From the NCBI GenBank assembly GCA_051362555.1, contig CM120641.1, positions 7,750,001 through 7,814,000 of the forward strand: DNA of 64,000 nucleotides, read 5' to 3'. Positions 25,092-39,300 of this stretch are shown here, piece by piece. Position numbers and translations under genes: made by a program. The notes under the pieces are model-generated. The model did no database searches. It had not been told where the DNA came from and was given only the letters and a program-made list of their open reading frames with translations. How positions within the stretch are numbered: the first letter of the stretch is position 1; each line of letters opens with the position of its first letter. The DNA is from Lingula anatina. Taxonomy: Eukaryota > Animalia > Brachiopoda.

Positions 25092-28000
25092 GGTGAGGTA
25101 GTGGTAGACGTGTTCCATGAAAACTGCCTTAGAACCTTGCTGTATCTAAGAGACTAAGACCAATGAATATATCTGAACTCAGGTCAATGAATTGGTTAAT
25201 AATAATTTATATGGAATAAACTGTTTCAAATCAGTTTGTTTTGTTGTTTGACTGCATTATAGTACCAGTTATAGAAGGACAAACCAACAGTACAGCAATT
25301 TTATGTAAAGGTACTTTTAACTTTCTAAGGGGACAGAGTTTTAGTCTGTTACAGAGGAAAAGGCATTCTCCTTTGTGAGATATTTGAATACATAACAAAA
25401 CGGTGGTCTTCCATAAGATGCGGGCCTGGAATGAATAGTGTCAAAAACTTTTGAAAAGTTAAGTTAAAAGAAATTTCATTGAAAAGACAACATTCAGTCA
25501 AATATTACTCTACAGTTACATCATTAATCATTTGGAAGGTAGATTGATCAGACATTATGACGTTTCATCCTTTGTGCACTCTGCTTTGAAGATTGTTCTC
25601 ATTGTTGGTCCTGTAAATTTTTCAACTTCACACAGTTACAGCAGTTTAAAAATAAATAGAAAAAAATTTGTAAATTAGGTTTAACGGTGATGTAGAACAC
25701 ATGATTTTCATTAATTGTACCTAGAATGAAGTGCCCACCAGGTGGCATTACTGGCAAAACGAAACCCAAAATTAAGTTTGTTATTTCTGCTATAAATGAA
25801 TGTAAGGTGCAAAGAAAAGATTGGCTAAAATAAGGAGAGATACCAATGGGGATTGATCTTATAATCAGCTGGAGCTTCTAGCAATGAAAACATTGGCAAA
25901 ATGGCTTACAACACCCAACTGCCTTAGCAGCTGCTAATGGTTGTTTGACTTGGCATCAAGAATGAAAACTGAACATCTCTGTCAGAAAAAAAATGTGTCA
26001 TAGAAAACCACCTATGTGTTTTTGGAGGGAGAACTTTGGCACATAAATTGCCTTTGGCCTGATTGTAAAGCAATTAAACCACTTACCAGTGATGAAGGTT
26101 GCTTACTCTTTCTGTCTGGTTATGTATTTAAAAATACATTTTCAAAGAATTTTCTCTTGGTTCAAATAAAAATGACTTGGAAATAATCATCTTGTATCAT
26201 TTGACTTAAGTAAGAAATATTAGAGATGACTTTTTATTATGTGGAAGAAAAGTTACATTGCTGTAATGCTATCTATTCAAAAGTACAAACAAAGTGGGTT
26301 AAATAACCAGTGTGTTATAATAAATCAATATTTTATTCATCGAATCTAACAAATATATATATACAGAGGAGAAGGAAAAGGAGTAGTTTGATATCTCCCA
26401 AGATTTACTATTGGCTTATTCTACAGCAAGTTAATGCATAGCTTTCTTTCCTAATTTTCATTAGTTGAAGATGTCAAACTAAGAAAATTGTTTTCATTAA
26501 AAAAAAAGCTAAAAAGAACAAAAAAGAAAGAAAAGGAAAAGTGGATATACAAAAAATAAATGTACAGAAAGACTGTTATTTAAAAAATGCAGTTATGCAA
26601 TCTAAGAAGGGATTGTGACATTGATGTATTTCTAAGTGTAATGTACACAGTATGATTTGATCATAAATAAGTATTTACAATATGTAAGAACTGATTTATT
26701 TATTGAATTGTTACCTGTTTGCCTTCATACTATACAAAGGAGTAACATTAACATGTTTCAAAATGTATTTATGAATTTATGTACACAGACACTAAATATT
26801 AAGTAACTTGATATAGGTTAGACTATATACCCAAGCAGGTCAGGCCCAGATTCACAACCAATACTATATAATTCTTCACTCCTGTGTTCATTTCCACCCA
26901 AAATGAAAAGACAAACTTTGTGAAGTGCTTTATATACCATCCATCTTTTTGTTTGAGATTTTTAATTTTACTTTTGCAAGCCATGATATACTGCAATTTA
27001 TACCAGAGGGATAATTTTTTCCGTCTCTACAAGAAAAATGATAAAGAGTCTGATTTCAATTTCACAACCCTATGGTTTGTTTCAAAACAAACAGGTTCAT
27101 TCACTCTTGATATGTACATATTCACCATACTACAAAGTTTCCCATTTTGGTGTTTTGCCAATGCAGCAAATGTCAGAATTGTCCCAATTGTTTAGTATAT
27201 GATCTATCTGTAACCCCTGTCATTTTTAATTTTTCTCCACCCATATTTTTTTCATTTAACACAACATGTTGTTCTGAGGGTGGAATTTTTAAGGAAAACA
27301 AAACAAATTCTCATGATTACAAAGGCAGTATGAAAACCTACACACTAGGACAGGATCATTCAGTAATTATCATTATATCACATTGTAACATATTATGCAC
27401 AAAAAGTATTGAAATTCTCAGTATAAACCCTCACAATATCCTGTACATGGAAATTTGTTATTTACTATCAAATATTCCAAGTTCCATTCAGAAGAGTATT
27501 TTAGGGGCAGGGTGTGTACACATTCTGTGGCTGTAGGTTCCATCTTTGTCTGTTATTTATTTACATACACATTTGATGTGGGTTGTTCCTAAAGTTCAGT
27601 GTGGCAAGCAAAAGTATCCTCCAATTTGCGCATGATTAAATGACCTTCAACGCTTCCCTCATCTGAACTCCAGAGAAGGGTTTTGTTCTTATCTACCATC
27701 CATTTACACAAGGAACTATCTGTTACTTTAAGGTCAGCAACAATGAGGGGAAAGAACACGCCCCAATACACAGAATACAGGTCCCTTTACTTCTCACTTT
27801 AATATTTTGTAAGTCGAAGCATAATACTGTTATTGACAGATAGTTTGTCTAAGTCACCTCAGCCTCTTAGCATTTAGTCTGTCCCATGTGTGGTTACACT
27901 CAATCTACTTTGAATTCATTCTTCTGCCTTGATAAATTCATCAACCACTCACACCACTGTGATTTGAATGGTTGGAATGCACATCAGATGTCATTTTTAC

Positions 28001-28323
28001 CTTCTGCTGAGGTAATTTTGCCATATAGGATATCTTTCAACTAGTTTGTTTGCCATTGCAGACATATTAGATTTCCTAACTGGTATTGTCTGAAACGATT
28101 ACTAGGGCTGAGTTTTTGTGTCCCTTCTTTCTGTCGGGTTGCACTTTTTGTGCTGAGGTTCAGTGCAGAAATTAACACCCACATGGTTTCCATAGAGTAA
28201 CACATCACCACTCAACATAAATATATTGTACACTTTTTTTACACTACAGGCTGTCATTTTGTCATCACACATGAGAAAATAAAAAAGAACCTTCGATAGG
28301 CTGGCAAGAGATATGCGATTTGA

Positions 28324-31300
28324 TCAGTTCCGGCATCTTCCTTTACGTTCATATCGCTGGAATTTTCGTAGTCTTCTCTGCCATTCATCTTTCCATGGTA
28401 TCACTATACTCCTCCTGTCTAAGACTAATCCATCCATGTTTGTGTTTTGGTGATCATGTCCCAAAAGCAGGTAGCGCCTGCCGACTTTTAAACGAGGGCA
28501 TTTGCAACGAACATCGCTGAGCTGTATCCAAACCTGCTCTTCACCACGGCGTAGTTTTGAGGAACTGCTTCTCTTGAACATGCTGAGGATGTTTACTGTG
28601 AATTTCACCCATTCACCAATGTTTTCTCTGGTGATCACTTGGACATTTACAGCTAAAATGGACAAAAATATGTTGCTGAAATGCATTTTTAGAGGCAACT
28701 TATGCTATTTGAGAATTTCTGATGATATTAGCAAAGGGATGGAAATTTGTTACAAAAACTTTTAATGCTGCAATTCTTTTTTCACTGGCAACCTGTGCTC
28801 TAAGTTTCAGGATTTATCAATGGTTTAACCACATAGTAAAGGGTTCAATTGTTTTCTTATAACCTCTGTAGCACTGATCCCTGAAACTACATGTGACAGT
28901 GTCTTGTTAGAACTATTTGTGCAACTTTTCAAAAAGCACTAAAGTTTAATGTAGCAGACAAGGACAAGTTATTTGGCTGCCAAAGCCACCTTCCCAGCAA
29001 TTATGAACAATTAGAGTGTGTCTGAAAAATTGGTCATTCTTATTGTTTCTTCCTAACAAGGTGAAACGACTTTCTGCTATCAATTTTTTTCTTGAATAAC
29101 CTCAGGAAAAATCTGGTGGTTTGGAGAAAAAAGGTGATTGTCAATTTGAGTTGAAAGTTAAAAAATGTCTTAGTTCTTGAGTGCAAAAGGAACTCACCAA
29201 AGTTGTACTTGCAGAACTTCTTCTTGCTGATGCGTTTAGAAGCAGCTTTGCATTTGTCTCTGTCACATGAAACAGGTTCTGCTAAAAGAAATTGAACATA
29301 AAAAAAATTAAATACTAGTTTAAACATGTTAACACATAACAGATTCACTTAGGAGACCATATTCTATAACATTTATAAAATCTGTTGTTTTAATGTGCAT
29401 GCATCTTTCAATGGACACTGAACAGAAATGGAAAGGCATTAGGTACTTACTTGGTTTTGGACTTGTTACTTTAGGCTGGTGAGTTTCTAAAAAGTAAAAA
29501 ATTCAGACATAAGAGGTGTTATAATTGAAGAAAATGCTTTCTTCAGACACTGAACTTACGGAGTTGACAATTTTTTAAAGTTGTATTATATCAGACATTT
29601 GGTTGACTATAATAACCATAGATCCCTGTTTTCATTTTACATGCATGCTATTGAGGGAAAATCCTTTAGCATCACCATACGTTAATGATTAACATGTCAA
29701 AATGTATTTGTATGCAATGTTTAGACAGTAAAGTGTGTATCTAGTTGCCCTTTCTATATCCTGTTGTCTCTGTTAATTCTTATTTGTCAGGAAATCAAGG
29801 TGAAATGTTACATGTAAACATGTTGCAACTGGCTCTAGCTGAGCTGTCAGCTGAATCTCTCTCTCTTTGTGTGTGTGTGTGTGCGTTGATTTACTTAATT
29901 ATTTTATATTTCCTAATACCTTTGTCTAAGAGAGTCATTAGTATTTCTTCAATCATATTTTATTTTAGCAGATGTCACTGTGCCATGGCTGATGGCAAAG
30001 ACAGAACCTTGTTTTTTTCCCTTTCTTTCAAGCTGTGGCCAGTAATTACTATGATCATGGAATGGCTTACAGATACACTTTGAACATTATAGTTCCACCC
30101 ATTTGTCTTGATACCTTTTGGCATTTTTGGATGTTTTTATTCATACTGGAATCAATATCTCTGTTTTCACAAAAGAGGACGGTCAGTTTGATATCAATAT
30201 CAGAATAAAATGTGCTCTAGAAATAACCACCACCAGGTGAATTGAAGAAATGAAACCTAATAAAGAGTCATGACAATGAATAGGGAGACCTGGTATTTAA
30301 TCTGCATGCTTAGACAAAAATAGAACTAACTTGTTGTTAATGATGAATCTGCAGATGAGTTACTTGCCTCTGGAAGAAAATGAAAGAGTTATGAAAGTTA
30401 ATAAGAAACACCTGAAACCTTTGAGTTAAGACACCCGGAAACACAGAGTCAAAGTAATTACTGTCAATCACAATTCATTGATATTTCCTGGTATGACTGT
30501 TAATCACTTTTGGATATTTGCCTGGTACAGAAAATGGGCACAGATTGTTTCTGACATTATCTGGACACGTAAAAATTAAAATTACATTTGTTTTTATTTC
30601 TTCGCCAAAAAAGTGATCACTTAAAAAGAAGTGGTGCAAAGTATATTTCATGCTGGTTGATCTTCACCAAACAATTTTACTAGATTATTTTGCCATTGAT
30701 ATCTTCTTTTTTTACAAAAAAAAAAAAAAAAAACAAAACAAAACAAAAACAAAAACCAAGTGATTGACAGTATTTCTGAAAATATTCATGAAACTGAGCT
30801 GTCAGTAGTAACAACAAAACTTGGACTTTAAAATGCTTTTTCTTCAATTGAATTCAAAATTATTCAATGGTTTTGACTGTAAAAATGAAAAGAAAAGTTT
30901 ATGAAGCAAAAAGCAGAAGGGTTCCAAGAAATATGATAGAGGAAGAGCTAGGCTTTGAAACATGGCCACAAAATGACATTTTCATCAAAAGACCGTAAGT
31001 ATTTTTTATCCTACTGTGTGTCCTCACAATTTGTGGTATAATATTTATATGACAAATAACTCAAGCATGGATGGAGTTCTAATCAAGCAAAACATGCAAA
31101 GGAATGTATCTACAGTTTAGCATTCATGCTTTTTCTCTATTAAAAGGGGCATTGCCACTACCTAGTCATTATTTTTCTATATTGATTAAGTCAAATACTT
31201 TTCAAGATGATTTTTACTTTGATTCTCTAAAACCAGCATGCAGAAAGTCTCTGTTAACTGGAATAGCATGGGCAACCACTATTTGCAAAACTGAAGCGGC

Positions 31301-34300
31301 CTATAAGCACAAATTACACATCAAATGCAGAAAAAAGAGGGAAGCATGCTTCATTGAAAGAACAAGTAACTTTGGCAGTTGTCTCAGTACTTCGTGATTT
31401 TCTTCGCACTTTTTTTACTTGTTGTAGATGTTATCCAGTAATGTTAAACAAGATTATTAATGAACCTTACCAAATAAGGTATTTCGTGCACTTCACAGGA
31501 AGTTCACCACCATGCCTCTTTGTATCAAACTGTGCAAGAGCGCCCATTCAAAATATTTCTTCCTTACCCCAGCTAACAGTTTTGATACCATGTGGCCACT
31601 GAAAATATTTCTTTTTTACTTGGGCTAGACTGACTCTAAATACAATGTCATAAGATATCAAGTAGCTGCTGATAATTTTGATCAATTTCCTTTTTAATCC
31701 CAAGGTGAATTTGTGATAGGAATCATCACAGTTCTGAAATTGGGGTCTACTTGATGTAATTTTCAGCAATTATATTATGGGGAGAAGAAATGAAAATTCC
31801 TCCCAGTAGACTTTTGTTTAAAGGCCAAATGTTCTCAAAGCTTCTCAGATGACGACTTCATGACACATAAAAATTATTATGGTACAGATTTGGGACATAA
31901 TATTTTTAAATTTGGGAACAAATAAGAGAAGAGGAAGTATAGTAATAATTACCAGCTCTGAATTATGTGTGGCAAATTAAATTAAAAACTGTCGATGGAT
32001 GAAAATTGAATGTTCCCCTTGTCATATTTGTTATACTTAAAATGCTTTTTTTCAATAATAAAAAAGCTCCATTCTTCCTAACATATAAATACAAATATAT
32101 TGTTAAAAATTGAATCTGGAGTAAGACAACTTGGCTGTTATGATAAAATCATTCAGATTAATTCTGCACTTGAATACACAATTTCATCTAGGTGGTCTGT
32201 TTTTGGCAGAATATAGTGCAAAGGTGGTCCTGGTGGCCCACCCAGGATACATTACACAGTAGTAACTGCAACATCATTAAATCACCATGCCACAATAGAA
32301 TTATCTGTTCAGAGGGATCTCTCAGAGTGAATGTAGCTACATAACTAGAATCATACCTCAGTTTCTCATATTGGCCTTGGCAGCCTATCATCCTGCCAAG
32401 CCCTTGAAGCTGTATGACAGTGATGAGTAAGTCGGATAGGAATCTGTATTTGTATCAAAATACCCACCTGCCCATCCCTTTAATAAAGTTCTATACAAAT
32501 TGTCTTATGAAGTGTGGAGTTAATCCCCCAGAAAATGGGTCCACTTTGCTTTGAAAGGGGATCATGGGGAGGATTGGATACCCACCACATACAAATTGGA
32601 AAATTAGTTTTTCCCAGGTCTACGGCTGGGATTGATTTGTAGTAAAATTAGAAAGAAAAGAAACTTGGGCTAGAATTCCCGCTCATGTAATGCCAAGGTT
32701 ACACACTTGGTCATGAGAACAGGAATTTATCCTACTACTATAAAGAGCAGACTTACTAATTTCATCTTTATACAGAGTTACATGGATTTATTCAAAAATT
32801 CTATTTGTGTGTTTTATTCACTTTGTTTCCTTCATATCCTGGGAACTGAAACTGCTTATTTATTTGATATTATATCAAAATCAAAAGATAAATTTACCCT
32901 CCAAACTTTCTTCATATTCTCACACATCATTATAAAATGGATTTTTTTTTTAAATCTTGCCTTTAAACTGCCAATTTAGCTATAAACTAGCTAAATATCC
33001 CAATAACAAAGCACACCCGCAGGGATGCACAAAGGATCTAGCATTTACGGGAACTACTCCCTAACTGAATTGGGGCAAAATCACACCATGTTGTTCCCTT
33101 CAACATGGGTTTCATTACAAACTGCTATTTCTGTATGATATATACTGACAGAAACTGCTATTTGTCTTTTTTTATGGAAGTAGTGGGTGGTTTTTACGCA
33201 TATTGCTTTGTGTACAAACAGTTCCTGACTTAGTCTAGAAATCTATGTTACTTCACATTTTGCTCCAAAAAATTAGGTCATTTAAATTAACATTTCTCTT
33301 TTATGAAATTCAGGAACCATATAACACTAAAAGGCTGTTAATTTTCAATAAGCCTTAATTTTTTAAAGCATCTTGTCTTAACAACTAGAGCAGCTTTACA
33401 AGCTTCTCACTTTCTTGTATACAACCCCAGTTTAGTTTGTATTTAATGTCCTGCTAAGTTAAAAAAGACAATTATCCAATTTTTCAAATAACTGTAGGCT
33501 CTACTCATTCTTGCTGTGTTGGTAAGTGTGAATGCAGGCTACAATTTGCTACCAAAAGTTTTAAGTCAATATTCATAACTACTATGAGATGCAGGGAGCT
33601 ATATTGTGTAATATTACAATGCACATGCATGTCTTGGCATGGAGAAGAACATAATCTGGGATGCAAAATAAGTTGAAAATGAATGCACTTACTGACGCAG
33701 GGCTGAATTGGAGAGTTGCTCTGTGTGTACCCTGTGGCACAACGATTACAAGTGATACCAGTCACTCCGTCTTTGCATGGACACTGGCCATTGGTCTGGT
33801 TGCATGTTTTACCCAAAGATCCAATAGGATGGCAGTCACATGCTGAAAAGAAAAAAAAAAGAGAATAATGTAAATAATATTTGGTAGAAAATATGATAAT
33901 AGTAGAGCACATGTGTGTGTTAGACATTTGGATGTATTAGAGTTTACTTATATGTGTTAAATATTTGTACATTCTATCCTTTGTCTATGTTTGAATTTAA
34001 ATATGGGGTAATTTTTTCTTCACAAGGGTGGAAGTTTTCCCACATTCTTGCATGAGTAACACAGCTTGTAAAGAAAATCTTTTCAGTGGGAAGTTAAATA
34101 CTATAATCCCCGCTTTGTGTGCTATAGACACAGCCATGAGGATTTTTGACTAAGTTTTTTATCCCAACACATGCTGCTCCTGCACGCAAGGTGAAAAGTC
34201 ATTATCTCCCAACATTTACCCAAGGCATGTATGGGCCAAAATCTGTCTAATAAACAAATTAAACGTGCAGTTAACAATCATGGAGTGAAAAGATTTAATT

Positions 34301-36298
34301 TGGGAATGGCCACCGCTGTTTTGCAGTTTTGGGCTCTACCTCCCACAGGGAGATGTCCTCTAAAAACTAAAAAAATATTTTTTGAAGATTCCTTTATCCA
34401 AATTATTTCTTAAAGCCCAATGCTGGTCTTTCTTTTTTTGACAGGCATCATCTTGATGGTGAAAAATGAGGAAACATTAGAATGAGGGTGTTGGTGCTTT
34501 TTTTTTCTCACATCTTAAATTTTTCTTTGATCATATAGAGCCATAATGAGCTATGGAAAAGTTTAGGCCGACTCATTTTCAAAAGTCACCACATTTTAAG
34601 TATAAAATGTTGTTAACAATGTTGAATGGTTCTGAAAACTGCTGAAATGAGTCTGTTGGGAATCCCGGAAGGTCAAATAAACTTTCCATTAAAAACCTTT
34701 GCTTGGCAGGGTTTTTGAACTTAAGTTCTGGTCGATGAAACTCAGGAATTAATACTGTACCACAGGTATTTGCATTTCACCAAGTTTCAGTAATACGTTC
34801 AAAAGTAAGAAAATGATATATCATCCTCTACCAACTGTGCACAGGTTTTATTTGACCTTTAGGGTGACAAGGAATTTAGTGGAAACTTTAATTTACCTTA
34901 ATGGAGAAGTAATCAGCATAAGAATCCAGACACTGAAAATAATGCTGCTAAAAACAGTTAATTTGAAAGATGTGTTCTACTCGGTGAAGGACTAAAATGT
35001 CCATAAATTTTGAGTATTGCGGATCCACAACTTGAACATATGTCAGGACAGATGTGTGAATTCAAACTGTGGATAAACACAGAGATAACAGAGATAACTT
35101 TAAATGGTCACAATCATTGGTATGAAAAGATACATTGTGGTCACATACAAAAAGATACATAATGGTTTCACACACATTTAATTAAGTTGGGACAGATTCT
35201 TATAAGGTTGATAATTTTCTTGCATCATTAGACCATCATTAAGTTTGCTTTTACATAACAAATATCTTGGTCCTGTAATTCACTAAAATATCCCCTGGGG
35301 AAGGGTCTTGTAAGAAGACACTAGAGTAGCAATGTTCAAAGGGGATTCATTACCCTCTCTCAAGGTGACACTCATTCCAGCATCTCACCTGTGAAGACCC
35401 ATGTTATATGATAATGCTGCAGTAATTTTCTAAGCACACCACACCATAAATTGGTCATGTTTTAGCACCGTTTTCTTATCCTCGGGCTATAAGGGTATGA
35501 TACCATGGATTGGAGCATATTGATTCTTTCACATTTAAAGTTTGCATTTGTCAGGTTTATTGAGATGCATTTTCATTTTCAAACTGTCTGGCTGTTTCAG
35601 ATTCATACTCAAAAACTTCTTCCAATTTTAGAATATTTTGATAAAGTACTAAAACAGCTACTATTTATATGTATTTGTCAGGTGGAATCTTAATAAAATA
35701 AATATCAATAACCATGTGTGTGTGCTCCTTCCAAGACTTACCATAACTTTGTACATGCCATTATTTGCAATACCTTATTATACAACCTGTACACCATGAA
35801 AGATTTCTTAACCATTAAAAACCCACCCACCTTTTAAGTACTGCAGATGTTAACACTTGAAAGTTAGTTATAATATCTGTTTGAAAAGTAATTGCAAATT
35901 AGACATAAGGGATGGGAGATTAACGTCATCTTCAAGAATGACAATATCTTGGCAAGTTTTGGAGTGCTTGCACCTGCAGTTTTGAGTGGCTCATCACTAG
36001 TGAAATTAGTGATCAGCTTGCTGTGGTTTTTTGGCAAGGTGCACAGTAAATTTGACTCATGTTTTTTTCACATTCTAGCCCAAATTAATTTGCCAAATTA
36101 ACAAAAGACGCCCTGTTTTATTTAAACCTGTAGAGTTATTGTTATGCATTATTCATCTAGCCACAATATTCACAAAATTACATGTAAAAGGTAAATTTTT
36201 CAGTACTAAATTAAGTATAATTTGGAAGGCTAATGGTTGTTTTTATATTAATACCAAAACTGTTTAGGAGTCAAATCATTGTCTTTTAATTGAATTTT

Positions 36299-36353
<55 letters not shown>

Positions 36354-39300
36354 ATAAACAGTGGTAATATTCTGAGAATGTCCACAGGATTTTTAATCAT
36401 ATTCTAATAAGATATGTTTTAATATATATTCGTCATTGAGAAAATTTTTCATGGAGTAAAAATAATATTCACTCCCCCAGCTGTTCAGTGTTTCAGGCTA
36501 AATACTCTTTCCAACAGGAAAAAGGTTGATTGAAAATGTTTCTCTGAGAAACGTGAGCTCTTCATCAACTCTCTGGGTCCTATTTTGCCATCTGTTGAAC
36601 AAATAAACTCCCCTGTACATGGAATACCAGTACAAATTACATGTTAAACATGTGTTAATTACAAAGTTATCAGGGGGAGCCCATAATTGCTTTAGCAAAG
36701 AAACCACTAAAACCACTTTTATCTCTCAAAATTGCTGTATCTTTTTAAGGAAAATGTACTTTAAGGTCAGATTTTATTAGATATAGGGTAGAACCACTGC
36801 TGAAATGTATCCTGTCCCCAGACAGACTTGAGAACAGACTCAGGTTGTGTACAACAGAGAATTTTGTCTTGTGATTAAAAAAATAAACAATTATTTTGTT
36901 ACTTATTTAAAGAAATGTACTTTAGGGTCAAGGTGACAAAAATGTTCAAACCTTGCTGAGACACAGCATTTCCTGTTCAAAACTATAATTGGTTTGAAAG
37001 CTCAATGACAACACCACTCTTGCGAGTTCAAGGTTTTTTTTAATCCTTAACATTTTTAAAGAGTGCTGCTTCGTGGGTTATACAACTTTTTCAGCTAAAC
37101 AGCAAATACTGACTAAAATTCATAAAGATAAACAAGAACTAAAATACAGTATTAATTCACAACATACAGTGCAAAGGACTTTATTTTTTGATAATACAGA
37201 TTCAGAATATGTGGGAAAGTTTTTTTTTCTAAATGTAATACAGAGGTGAAAGCTCTGCCCAGTGCTAGATAGATAGATAACCTTTAAAAACTGGTGTACA
37301 GAAATCCTGAGTTGCAGCTTTCTGGACAAGTTGATTTATCACATTTTCAGCAGCTAGATAAATATATACATTTGCAAACATTATTTACCATGTATTTTCA
37401 AAATACAAGCAAGAAAGACTTTTTTACCTTAAAGGTGTTGGGTTTGTTGCTATAATTTTTTCTTTTGCTTAAAATGAAAGGGTTTTAGTATTTCTTAAAA
37501 TTTGTTTCATTCCCTAGGTTCAAAATAAGATTGGGGCATTGTAAATTATGTTTTTTTAGATTTAATTTAGCCACCTGCTTTAACATAAAATATCAATTTC
37601 TCTTAAATCATTTTAGTATAATTTTTCCTGCCTAAAATAATAAAAGTATTTAATTTTTTGAAATGCAAATGCTGTATTAAAAATGCTGCAGCAAAACAAC
37701 CTGTCCCATAAAATGAATGGATATTTTTTTAATATGTAAAAAAAATCATTTAGTAGCATTAACCATGGAATAAAAAACCATATGGGCCCTAATTTGCTGG
37801 CTCAACATGTGAAATTAATAAACATCAGAGGGTGGATAAAACTTCCACACATCCCACCTGATAAAATTTAAGTATAAAGTTAGCTTAATGTCAAGACCAG
37901 TGTTTCACCTGCCACCATGATAAGTTACCCTGCTGCCCATTAAATAAAATCCCCCCAAAAAATATTATTTTATTGCTGAATAGACAGAAGCATTGAAACC
38001 TTCTAGAAGGAAGCAGTAGCAGTACTATTTGTATGTAGATATATATATGTGACAATATATTTCCCACACTTTTGGAATTCATTTGCCAGTGAATTTTCTA
38101 CCACGTGGAAAACAAGCAACACACGGCAGTGTTTTCGGAATGGGTGCATTCAGTGAAAGACACACTTCAGTTTACCTTTACAAACTCTCCGATGTGTCAG
38201 AGGTTTGGTAGGGTCACGGTAATATCCCTCTACACAATAGTGGCAATGCCGTCCTTTAGTATTGTGTCTGCATTTGATGCAGACGCCACCACTGCGCCTC
38301 CCAGACAGCAGGTACAATTCCTTGTTGAAACGACACATACGAGCATGTAGGTTGCAATTGCAGGCTGCAAGAAAAGAAGGAGTAGAAAGTGGTAAGAAAA
38401 CATACTATACCTTTGCAAGCCCTACGGTGGGTCATGGGTTTTGTGGGGTCACGATAATACCCTTCTTTGCAATAGTGGCAATTGCGTCCTGCCGTGTTAT
38501 GTCTACAGTTTAGGCAGACACCACCACTCTTGCGCCCAGATAAATTGTATAACTCCTTATTGAAGCGACATTGCCGGGCATGGAGGTTACAGTTACAGGC
38601 TGAAAGTAGATGGAAGGTAGAAACACACTTAACAAACAAATTAGGTGCAGTTAGTTTGTGGAAAAAGCACATTATTATTTTGTCAAACAAATTAGTAATG
38701 CGGCACACTTTTTACTGAGGGTAATCATTTCACACAAAAAGTGCACAACAAAATAAATAAATAAAGTACTAATGGCAGATCCATTCAATTTTAGAAGTAA
38801 ATGTTATAATTGAGAAAAAAGGATGAAGTCATAGCAAACTAGCACTAAACTATGCAACTGGCTGTCACTAGATTCCATATTAAAAATGTGTAAGTAAATG
38901 ATGAACATATTGCATGTGATGATAAATTTGCGTCACAGTATTTTTCAAAAGATGTGTGGAAACCGTGTGTATTATGATATGGGACCCTCTGCAGTTGTAT
39001 TTAATATTTTGTTAAGAAAGATGTTTATTTCAGCAATTTGATAGTTTCAGGAGTGCTGTTATTCTACGTTGATTTTGGAGACTAGATATAAAATAACAAT
39101 GAAAATGTGTGTTACATTAAAAAAGGTGAAAGATATGAGGTTCTTTTTCAAGATCTAAATTGAAAAACAAAATTCGATATGCTGTCATAAAGAGAAAGAG
39201 AATTAAACAAAATAGGTACAAACCATTACCAAGTGATCATTTTATCAAATTTTAGTCACAGTGCAAGTGCGAGTTAGCAGAGATTAGTTTTGTTTTTAAA

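Noticed and set aside
19000-37900. Numerous 60-130 aa ORFs in the track within introns and UTRs
   Set aside because: They are short, mostly start at non-ATG codons, have AT-driven composition and show no motifs, as expected by chance.
38176-38599. LE2 duplication as an assembly or haplotype artefact
   Set aside because: The copies differ at 10 residues and many synonymous sites, and their flanking introns are unrelated. That is far more than allelic divergence.
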